A stretch of 64,000 nucleotides of DNA. It comes from Polyangiaceae bacterium (GTDB lineage Bacteria; Myxococcota_A; Polyangia; Polyangiales; Polyangiaceae). The position numbers and the translations under genes are program-made. Under the pieces are notes generated by a model. That model did no database searches. It was not told where the DNA came from and was given only the letters and a program-made list of their open reading frames with translations. Positions 17,685 through 25,765 of the stretch are shown here, piece by piece (position 1 is the first letter of the stretch; the number at the start of each line of letters is the position of its first letter). The stretch lies in assembly GCA_050287085.1 (NCBI GenBank), contig JBNKBE010000002.1, positions 32,001-96,000 of the forward strand, written 5' to 3'.

Positions 17685-19273
17685 TGTCGCGATTTGCCAA
17701 GATCGGTGGACTGCCGCGCTATCTGCGCAAGGAGCAGGAACGCATCACGGAGGTGGCGCGCGCCGCGGGGCTGGACTTCTTTCCGACCCTCTTTGAGATG
17801 ATCAACTACCGCGAGATGAACGAGATCGCGGCCTACGGTGGCTTCCCTACTCGCTACCCACACTGGCGCTTCGGGATGGAGTACGAGCAGCTCGCCAAGA
17901 GTACTGAATACGGTTTGAGCAAGATCTACGAGCTCGTCATCAACAACAACCCGGCTGTGGCCTACCTACTCGAAGGCAACAGCCTCACCGATCAGAAGCT
18001 CGTGATGTGCCACGTGTACGCGCACGTCGACTTCTTCAAGAACAACTTCAGTTTTCGCGCCACCGACCTCAGCGCGATCAGCCCGTTGGATCTCTCGACA
18101 GCGGCGGGGCCCGAGTACAATCCAGACCGACGCTGGATAGACAAGATGGCCAACCACGGCTCGGTCGTGCGTCGGATAATAGATCGCCATGGTATCGACC
18201 AGGTGGAGCAGTTCATCGATCACTGCTTGTCGCTCGAGAACTTGATCGATCCGTGGTCGCGATTCGTTGTCCGCTCGCGCGAAAGTGAGGATACTGGCGG
18301 TGAGCCACAGCCGGTTGAGGTCCCCCGCTTGAGGGCCAAAGAGTATATGGAATCGTTCATCAATCCGGACGATTACATCGAGGCGCAGTCGCGCCGGATC
18401 AGTGCGGAGCGGGATGCAAAGAAGGGGCGCTTTCCGGAAGAGCCGGCGCAGGACGTGCTGCTATTCTTGTTGGAGCACGCACCGCTCGAGCGCTGGGAAA
18501 GAGCGATCCTTTCGCTGATACGCGACGAAGCTTATTACTTCATGCCTCAGATGCAGACCAAAATCATGAACGAAGGGTGGGCCAGCTACTGGCACTCCAG
18601 GCTCATGACCGAGGGGGTGTGTGACGCTTCGGAGATCGTCGACTACGCGGACAACAACGCCGCGGTGATGGCCACTAGTCAGGGTCAGCTTAACCCCTAC
18701 AAGTTGGGCGTTGAGCTGTACCGTCACATCGAGGAGCGCTGGGATAAGGGACAGTTCGGACGAGAGTGGGAAGCGATCGACAACCTGGACCGCAAGGTGG
18801 CCTGGAATCAGCGCACCGGACTGGGACGGAAGAAGGTGTTCGAAGTTCGAGCGCTGTACAATGACGTCACGTTTATCGACGAGTTCTTGACTCCGGAATT
18901 CGCGCTTGAGCAGAAGCTATTCGCCTTTGAATGGTCACCGCGCAACGAGCGCTATGAGGTGGCGACGCGAGAATTCCAAGCGGTGAAGGAGAAGCTTCTC
19001 AGTCAGCTCTCAAACATGGGCAATCCGATCATTCGCGTGTCCGACGCAAACTTCGAAAACCGTGGGGAACTGCTGCTGGCGCACCAGCACCTGGGTGTCG
19101 ATTTGCGACCCGACTATTGCCGTGAAGCGATGCGTTCGCTCAATCGCCTGTGGAAGCGTCCGGTTTGCCTTCAAAGCAAGCGCGAGGAGGCGGACATATT
19201 CATTCGTTTCGACGGCAAGGAATACACCGTCGAGGGTCAGCCGGAGCCGGAAGGGGCCGGCGGGCAAGCCTAG
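17684..19273 (+). CDS. SpoVR family protein
   Basis: RYPHWRFG, SKIYELVIN, TKIMNEGWASYWH and LNPYKLG motifs; start overlaps the DUF444 stop. Confidence 0.95.
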   Translation: MSRFAKIGGLPRYLRKEQERITEVARAAGLDFFPTLFEMINYREMNEIAAYGGFPTRYPHWRFGMEYEQLAKSTEYGLSKIYELVINNNPAVAYLLEGNSLTDQKLVMCHVYAHVDFFKNNFSFRATDLSAISPLDLSTAAGPEYNPDRRWIDKMANHGSVVRRIIDRHGIDQVEQFIDHCLSLENLIDPWSRFVVRSRESEDTGGEPQPVEVPRLRAKEYMESFINPDDYIEAQSRRISAERDAKKGRFPEEPAQDVLLFLLEHAPLERWERAILSLIRDEAYYFMPQMQTKIMNEGWASYWHSRLMTEGVCDASEIVDYADNNAAVMATSQGQLNPYKLGVELYRHIEERWDKGQFGREWEAIDNLDRKVAWNQRTGLGRKKVFEVRALYNDVTFIDEFLTPEFALEQKLFAFEWSPRNERYEVATREFQAVKEKLLSQLSNMGNPIIRVSDANFENRGELLLAHQHLGVDLRPDYCREAMRSLNRLWKRPVCLQSKREEADIFIRFDGKEYTVEGQPEPEGAGGQA

Positions 19274-19313
19274 CGGAGCTTTTGCGTTGCGTTTGCAAGC
19301 GCGTGCTCCGATG

Positions 19314-20456
19314 TCAGGAGCCCTCATCGGCGGGGGGTCCTGGAGGACCATGAGGGTGTCCTGAGCGCAGCGCCACGGGCGCTCGCGGTGAATAGCGTCC
19401 GACGCCCCGTTGCACACGGATCAAGCGTGTGCCGGATGCCTGGAGGTCCCCTTGGAAGGCCCCCGTCGGGGGAACGCCAGTGAGCGTTCGAGTGGTGAAG
19501 TGGGCGGTGAGCACGTAGTAGCCGGGGGCATCGAAGAATTCCCGTCCGCAGCGCTCGGCCAGCCTCACGTCGAGACTGGTTGTGGCACCGGGACGCAACC
19601 AGGTGTAGCTCTCCGGGGCCGGGGCTCGCAGCACCTCAGCTGGCTCGCAGCGCAAGGTCCCGTGAGCGCCGTGGGCTATCAGGGTGATACCTTCGCGGAA
19701 GAAATACACGGGCACCGTGCCGTCGCTCCGATTCTTGAGAGTGAGCCGCACGAAGGCCTCGTTGGCATTCGGACTATCGCTCCCCGCTGACAGCGACAGT
19801 CGCAACGCCTGGCCCGACACGTTCGCGGGCTCGACGCGTGTATTGGCCCATTTGTGGTAGCTTGAGTCGAGCGCAAAGCCGGCTCCGCTGACCGAGCCGA
19901 GCCCGGACGCGGAGGGCTCTGCAGTGGGCGCGCGCTTCGCTTCGGGGAAGCCGTAGTGGGGCACGACGTAGGCGCCGGGGACGAGTTCTTCCTGACCGTT
20001 TCGCGCAAAGCAGTAGAAGCGGGGGTCAACCTCAAAGGAGTAGGTTTCCCCTGGCTTGAGCCCGTTTTCCTGCGCCTCGCTTTTCCCTTGGGCTGGCAGC
20101 AGGCTGCGTGGGAGTCGGCAGACCTTCAGCTTGCGGCGACCCGGGACCTTCACCTCTAGCCACAAGAGGCGAGGATCGAGCAGCAGATGTGTGGGCTCTT
20201 TCCCCGTGTTGGTCAGCTCGACGGACCAGTTGGTGTAAGGGCCGTGCGCTCTCATGGACAGCTGGAGAGTGGCAGCCCCCGACTCCGAATCGGAGGCAGC
20301 CTTTGCCCCTGTGGCCTGACTGCCGGCGTTGTCGACGCCGCTGGGGCTTGCCAGGGCGCTGCGCGACGGCTGGGGCTCGCTGCGTGCGTGAGGGCTGGTA
20401 AGCTGGATGCCGGCGAGTAGCAGCACACCCGTCAGTATTCGTCCCCAAGTTGCCAT
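19314..20456 (-). CDS. Hypothetical exported protein
   Basis: 380 aa ORF with a signal peptide and two similar beta-rich halves (LTN.G/LKN.S ... L.PG.T). Confidence 0.7.
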   Translation of the reverse strand: MATWGRILTGVLLLAGIQLTSPHARSEPQPSRSALASPSGVDNAGSQATGAKAASDSESGAATLQLSMRAHGPYTNWSVELTNTGKEPTHLLLDPRLLWLEVKVPGRRKLKVCRLPRSLLPAQGKSEAQENGLKPGETYSFEVDPRFYCFARNGQEELVPGAYVVPHYGFPEAKRAPTAEPSASGLGSVSGAGFALDSSYHKWANTRVEPANVSGQALRLSLSAGSDSPNANEAFVRLTLKNRSDGTVPVYFFREGITLIAHGAHGTLRCEPAEVLRAPAPESYTWLRPGATTSLDVRLAERCGREFFDAPGYYVLTAHFTTRTLTGVPPTGAFQGDLQASGTRLIRVQRGVGRYSPRAPVALRSGHPHGPPGPPADEGS

Positions 20457-20534
20457 AGCCGCGTTATGCCAGCTTTCTTGCGATGCGTGTCAGCGCGGCA
20501 GAACTGTCGGTGGGCCATCGGGCCGTGCCCTGAT

Positions 20535-20596
20535 GCCCGCGAGTAGGCGCCCGCGCCCTGGTGCCCGCGAGTTGCCGCGAGTAGGTGCCCGCGAGT
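20535..20596. repeat. Five imperfect copies of GCCCGCGAGT in a divergent intergenic region
   Basis: Copies start at 20535, 20549, 20563, 20574 and 20587. Confidence 0.7.
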
Positions 20597-20648
20597 TGGA
20601 TGCAATGAAAGCTCGGGACCCGACCTGAGTGGGAGTAGACTGCCACGG

Positions 20649-21302
20649 ATGGCGGACTTGTATGCACTCTGCGATCTCGGAGTTGTTTCCGAGCGCGGCC
20701 TGGAGCTGGGGGCGGTGCTCGCCGGCATGTTGGCGGCGCGGCCCCACTGGCTCCAGATCCGCGCAAAGGAGTCATCAGACGCTGCCTTCTTGTCGGCTTT
20801 GGAGCTGGCGGTCGGGCTGCGCAATCGCGGGGCGGACCTGCGCACCCAGGTCATTGCCAACGATCGACCGGATCTAGCCCTCTTGGCTGGTTGTGACGGC
20901 GTTCACGTGGGGCAGCAGGATCTCACTCCGGCTGAGGTACGAGCCTTTGCTCCCAACTTGAGTGTTGGCATTTCCACGCACAGCATGGCTCAGCTCGTGG
21001 CTGCACTTGGGGAGCGGCCCGACTACGTCGCGCTTGGGCCGCTCTTTCCGACGGAAAGCAAACGCAACGCCGAGCCGGCCGTGGGCTGTGAGCCGCTGCC
21101 CGCGGCCCGGGCAGCAACGCGAGCCGCGGGGATCGCGCTGGTGCTGATCGGTGGCATCAGCGAAGCGCGCGCTCGCGGGCTCGGCGCGCTCTGTGATGCG
21201 GTGGCTGCGATCAGCGCCTTGCTGCCTGCGGCGCCAGGGGGGGATACGGAAGGGCAGGTCCGGGCGCGGTGTGAGGCCATCCAGCGAGCCACGAGGCTTT
21301 GA
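20649..21302 (+). CDS. thiE: Thiamine-phosphate synthase
   Basis: LQIRAK, IANDRPDLA, GVHVGQQD, GISTHS and GPLFPTESK motifs. Confidence 0.93.
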   Translation: MADLYALCDLGVVSERGLELGAVLAGMLAARPHWLQIRAKESSDAAFLSALELAVGLRNRGADLRTQVIANDRPDLALLAGCDGVHVGQQDLTPAEVRAFAPNLSVGISTHSMAQLVAALGERPDYVALGPLFPTESKRNAEPAVGCEPLPAARAATRAAGIALVLIGGISEARARGLGALCDAVAAISALLPAAPGGDTEGQVRARCEAIQRATRL

Positions 21303-21391
21303 CCGGAGCTCGTCGGCGATAGACCCGACAAGCATCGAACGCCTCGACGGACTGCGTAGCCGCGCGCGTCCGAGTCGCGTGCGGGCCAGCC

Positions 21392-22381
21392 CTAGTCTTG
21401 CATGGGGCGGTGTGCTTCGGCGGCAAAGCCTTCCAAGACGAGCTGGGGGGCCGTGTTTCCGGACAAGGTGAACAATGCCCTCTCTACGAGGTGGTAGCGT
21501 TCGGCACACAGCAACGCTTCGTACGAGCTGGCGTCCTGTCGAGCCCCTGCCGCAAGGCTACGCTGGTAGGCCACCAGCAGTTCGCGAGCCGCTTCGCGGT
21601 CTTTGGGGAGTTCTGCCGCTAAGCTGAGGGCGGCCCTGAGGGTGGGCGCGCCCAAGGCTTGGTCCAGCTCATGCGCGAAGCGCTCGACCGCTCCGCGGTT
21701 GTCGTCACTGGCATAGTCAATCGCTCGGGCCGCGCTGCCCTCTGCTGCGTGGGCCGCGCTCGCCGGCAAGCCGCGTTGCTGGAGCAACTCCTCCAGCACG
21801 GACTGCGGCAGAGGTGCGAAGCGCACCGCGACCGAGCGCGAGCGCACCGTGTCGAGCAGTCGGGGAGGGCTGTGGGTCAGCAGTATGAAGTGCACATGGG
21901 AACGAGGTTCCTCGAGCGTCTTCAGTAGGGCGTTGGCCGAGGCTGGGGTTAGCTCTTCCGCGGCCCGTATGATGAACACCAGCCGGCCCCCTTCGTGGGG
22001 ACCCGTGCGGCAGCGCTCGAGGACGATGCGCCGAACCTGCTCTACCCCGATCCCGGTGCCTTCTTTTTGCTTCAGGGACTCCGCGTACAGGCCTTTTCCG
22101 ACCAGGACCACGTCGGGATGTAGCGGAACGTGGGGCGCCTGCTCGCTATCGGTCATGGCGCGCCGGCAGATGTGACAATCACCGCACCCGTGATGCTCTG
22201 TACTCTTGCAGAGCAGGGCGCGGGCGAAGAGTCTTGCCGTCAGTTCTTTGCCGACACCACGCGGTCCCTCGAAGCGATAGGCATGATGGATCCGTTGGTG
22301 AACGAGAGCTCGCCGTAGGGTTTCAACCGCCACCGTCTGACCGTGGACGCCAGCAAAGCCCGGTTCGAAAGCGGGAGACAT
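21392..22381 (-). CDS. holB: DNA polymerase III delta' subunit
   Basis: HAYRFEGPRGVGK, zinc cysteines, HPDV and ANALLKTLEEP motifs. Confidence 0.9.
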   Translation of the reverse strand: MSPAFEPGFAGVHGQTVAVETLRRALVHQRIHHAYRFEGPRGVGKELTARLFARALLCKSTEHHGCGDCHICRRAMTDSEQAPHVPLHPDVVLVGKGLYAESLKQKEGTGIGVEQVRRIVLERCRTGPHEGGRLVFIIRAAEELTPASANALLKTLEEPRSHVHFILLTHSPPRLLDTVRSRSVAVRFAPLPQSVLEELLQQRGLPASAAHAAEGSAARAIDYASDDNRGAVERFAHELDQALGAPTLRAALSLAAELPKDREAARELLVAYQRSLAAGARQDASSYEALLCAERYHLVERALFTLSGNTAPQLVLEGFAAEAHRPMQD

Positions 22382-22448
22382 GGACTTGCGTTACACCAAG
22401 TTGCCGTGTGGACCGCAAGGCTACGTTGGCGGTAGGCACGGGACAGAC

Positions 22449-22491
22449 AAAAAAGAGCAGTCCGACGACTGTAGGTAGTTGTCGGACTGCT
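22449..22491 (-). terminator. Intrinsic terminator downstream of the TetR gene
   Basis: 15-bp stem 22456-22470/22477-22491 (one mismatch on the minus strand) followed by U6 on the minus strand. Confidence 0.8.
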
Positions 22492-22580
22492 TCATGGCGC
22501 TGTTGTCGGCTTGTCGGTGGCTGACGAGCGTCGTGGACGCTATCGGCTACGCGGCAACGGCGTTTGCAGCTGTGATTGGG

Positions 22581-23420
22581 TCAGCTGTGATGATTAGGGA
22601 GCCCCGGATGACCCATGTGCGGGAGTCCTGGGGGCGCACTCTGTGGCGCTGACGGGGGCGCGCTCTGCGGATGCATGCCCTGCTGATGGGGGGGCATGTG
22701 GCTCGGATGCGCGCTCTGCATGTGTTGCTGCGGATGCATGTGCTGCATCGGGGGACGCGGGGTATCGAGATTCTGCAGACCCGCACGCAGCAGCGATACG
22801 AAGATATCAAACGCTTCCTGCGCCTTGGCAGCTTCACCCTCGACGTATTCGCAGACGGTAAGTCCGTTGAGCACGCTCAGCACCAAAGTACACAGCGACT
22901 CACGGATCCGTGAAGGATCTGCTCCGAGCATTTCGGCGATGCTCTGGGCTACCAGCTTGCGCTTCTCCTTCTGGAGGGCGGCCGCTCGTCGCTTCAACTC
23001 TTCGTCGTTGCGCGAAGCGCTCCAAACTTCGATGTTGAGCCCAACGTTGCCGTCGCCGGCTGCTTCCCACAGGGCGTGGATGCCTTTTGCCGAGCGCTCA
23101 CCAGGACCGAGATCCGAGCGGACCGCATCACGAACTCGCTCCAGATAGCGGAAGTAGGTGTAGCTCTGAACCTCGTGAATGAGCGCCGCTTTGCTGGCGA
23201 AGTAGTAGTGGACGATGCTCTTGCGTAGACCCAGCTCCTTGCCGATCTCGGCGAGCGTGGTGGCACTGAACCCTTTTCTGGAGAAGCACTTTGCCGCTGC
23301 CTCCAGAATGGCCGCTACACGCGGGTTGTTCCAGTCAACCGTACGTGGGGTGGGATCTGTTTCCTCAAGATGCACTTCGTGATGATGGTGGTGCGGTGTT
23401 GCCAGGTCTTGCGTCGTCAT
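22581..23420 (-). CDS. TetR/AcrR-family transcriptional regulator with His-rich N-terminus and Pro/Gln/His/Met-rich tail
   Basis: ILEAAAKCFSRKGFSATTLAEIGKELGLRKSIVHYYFASK helix-turn-helix. Confidence 0.92.
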   Translation of the reverse strand: MTTQDLATPHHHHHEVHLEETDPTPRTVDWNNPRVAAILEAAAKCFSRKGFSATTLAEIGKELGLRKSIVHYYFASKAALIHEVQSYTYFRYLERVRDAVRSDLGPGERSAKGIHALWEAAGDGNVGLNIEVWSASRNDEELKRRAAALQKEKRKLVAQSIAEMLGADPSRIRESLCTLVLSVLNGLTVCEYVEGEAAKAQEAFDIFVSLLRAGLQNLDTPRPPMQHMHPQQHMQSAHPSHMPPHQQGMHPQSAPPSAPQSAPPGLPHMGHPGLPNHHS

Positions 23421-23891
23421 AAGTCTCTCAGGTTAGTCGACCGACGTGGGTTGATGGCTTGCCTCCCTAGGGGATGGGGCCACGGGTTTCAAGCTTTTCC
23501 CCTCCGACAGCCCGACGTCGCCTTGTCTTCCGGCGTGGTGTTGCCCCTCATTGTTGCCATCTACAGTGTTGCCATCTACGTAGCGGCCCGAGCCCCACGA
23601 GCGAGTTGCTCCAGTTGCCATTCGCTGACAACTCGATATTGCTTCTTCTGGTCCAGGTGCCCACAGGGCGGCGCCCGAGGAGCGAGTGCGAACCGAACGG
23701 GACACTTTCCGCGGCCATCGGTTTCTGCGGCCAAGAACGTGAAGCGCGGCTCTAGGGTCGGTAATACGCGGGTGATATGGCGGGTGGCCGGCTGTTGGCG
23801 CCGTTCTAAGAACGCGCCAGATAGAGGCCTGAGCGCCCTCCGTACAAGACAGGAAGGGCACGTTCCGATGGGATTTCTGCGGAGAGGTCAG

Positions 23892-23930
23892 GTTGCAGTT
23901 GGGTTGGAGTTGCAGTTGGGTTGGAGTTGC
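23892..23930. repeat. 17-bp tandem repeat
   Basis: GTTGCAGTTGGGTTGGA x2.3. Confidence 0.85.
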
Positions 23931-24128
23931 GAGTCGGGCCGTACACCAGTAACGGCCGGCCGGTGCTGCTAACTGATGGCGGTCCATACAACCATTGAGC
24001 CGGCAAAAGGAAGCGCAATGGATATGAAGTTACAGGTCGGCTGGCGGGTGTGCTGTAAAACTTCGAAGTTTATCGAGTTTTCTAGACGTTCAGGAAACGT
24101 CTGGGGTCACGCAGCTGGCGTGCCACGA

Positions 24129-25736
24129 TCAGTCTGTGGGCTCAAAAACCGGCATGCCGGCCTCTTTTGTCCACCCGGCCACACCAAAGCGGCCAGCTTC
24201 CCGCTTCTCGAAGGTCTCCGGGGTGGCTGAAGTGGCTCCCACGGATTGCGTCAGCACGAGGAGCTCGTCCGCCGTGTATTCGGCGTGACCATCCCCGCGA
24301 AACTGACCGCGGTCGTCCGAGCCCGTGCCAACGAGCACGATCTGGGTGGTGGGCGGGTAGCGGTTGAGCCACTTCTCCCGCACGGCATGCCGACCGTGGC
24401 GGACGATACGGTACTGACGCACTACAAAACCCGGAACCCCGCGCTGGGCGAGCAGGCGCCGCCCTCGCTTCAGATTGGGTTCCATGCGTTCGACTTGTTC
24501 GAAGGGTTTTGCTTGGGTGATGCGGCGGATCAGCGTTGTCGTCTGTTCGGCAGGGGGGCCCAGAATCTCCGCTCGGACAACTCCGTTTTTTACGCTTTGG
24601 TGAAGAACCACTGGGAAGTCGAACGGGTTTCGAAATCGGTAGTTGATCGTTGGATAGACCACCGTCGCATCCAAGCCGAGCTTGATATAAGAGCTCGGGC
24701 GGGTGTGAGGCACGCGTTCGACGATTTCGAGGCCAGAAAAGAAGGCCGCACCGTGTAGGGTTCCCGAGATCTGACAGGTGCCACCGCCGATGCCATCGAC
24801 GAGCTCGCCTTGGGCGATGACCGGGGCCACCTTGTAGCCGTTGGTTTCGTCGCGGGCGCCCACCACGCGGTTGAAGTCGAAGGTTTCGCCTGCGAGCAGG
24901 ACATAGCCGTCTAGCTTTGAGGCGGCGACGCGAAGATTGTGGGTGCGGGCCGCGGAGCGTGCGCTGCGATCGTAGTGGGTCTCAAAGGCGCCTATCACGT
25001 GGTCGAAGCGAACGTCGCTCAGCTGTTCCGTGCGACGTTCGGCTGGCAGTGAGATGAAGACGAGTTCGCTTCGTGTCTTGCCGGCTTGAACCGCGCTCTC
25101 AAGCCGTTCCAAGCTCGCGTCGACGTCCAATAGTTGGCCGTCCACGGACGGGATGACACTGCGCGCGGCTAGGTCCAGACGGGCGTCGCGTGCCGGACGG
25201 TCGTATTCGGCCTTTACGCCCAGAAGGAATTCCGTCGCCTTCGCTCGGTCCAGCTTCAAGGGGGCGGGTAATGCGAGTGGCTCGTCAGGGCCGAGCCCAA
25301 GTCGCCTCCGCTGGCGAGATAGTGGGCTCGTCGGATCGAGGGAGTCGCGGACTAGCTGCGCCAAGTGGCTCTTGTCTAGGAGCACACCAAGATCGCCAAA
25401 TGAGAGGTGTTGCGTCTGCCCTTCGGGCAATTGCAGGGTGAACAACTGGCCGAGGTGCGAACGCATTTGAGCGAGCGCGGTTTGGGCCGCGTCTTGATCT
25501 AGGGGCAGGGGGGCTCCTAGAAAGAGGACGTTTTGAGGCTTGGCCCAACGGGCGCTCGGGCCCGCGAGGCTGACGGACAACGCCAGTGTGCCCGAGACGA
25601 GCAACACGCTCGCGCCGGCGGCCCAGCGGAGACCAGATACGCGCGCCGCGCGGGAGCGCAGAGCCGCAAGCACGCGATCCAACCCGGACGGTCTGGGGCC
25701 AGATGTGGCGGGAGGTCGAGAATTCTCGGGCGACAT
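24129..25736 (-). CDS. VanW-family protein with peptidoglycan-binding and G5-like domains
   Basis: GETFDFNRVVG.R...GIGGGTCQISGTL...ERVPH..P.SY..LGLDATV motifs; N-terminal TM. Confidence 0.9.
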   Translation of the reverse strand: MSPENSRPPATSGPRPSGLDRVLAALRSRAARVSGLRWAAGASVLLVSGTLALSVSLAGPSARWAKPQNVLFLGAPLPLDQDAAQTALAQMRSHLGQLFTLQLPEGQTQHLSFGDLGVLLDKSHLAQLVRDSLDPTSPLSRQRRRLGLGPDEPLALPAPLKLDRAKATEFLLGVKAEYDRPARDARLDLAARSVIPSVDGQLLDVDASLERLESAVQAGKTRSELVFISLPAERRTEQLSDVRFDHVIGAFETHYDRSARSAARTHNLRVAASKLDGYVLLAGETFDFNRVVGARDETNGYKVAPVIAQGELVDGIGGGTCQISGTLHGAAFFSGLEIVERVPHTRPSSYIKLGLDATVVYPTINYRFRNPFDFPVVLHQSVKNGVVRAEILGPPAEQTTTLIRRITQAKPFEQVERMEPNLKRGRRLLAQRGVPGFVVRQYRIVRHGRHAVREKWLNRYPPTTQIVLVGTGSDDRGQFRGDGHAEYTADELLVLTQSVGATSATPETFEKREAGRFGVAGWTKEAGMPVFEPTD

Positions 25737-25765
25737 CGCGGCGCTGTGTATACCACCATCCGCAG

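Noticed and set aside
20460..20648. TPP riboswitch upstream of thiE
   Set aside because: The conserved CTGAGA and ACCTGAT...GCGNAGG elements are not present in the proper arrangement.
22547..22837. Alternative-frame ORF ending AANAVAA (ssrA-tag-like) overlapping the TetR tail
   Set aside because: No slippery site or tmRNA structure, and the TetR frame is intact. Probably coincidence.
23539..23930. CRISPR array
   Set aside because: The repeats are short, tandem and without unique spacers, and there are no cas genes.
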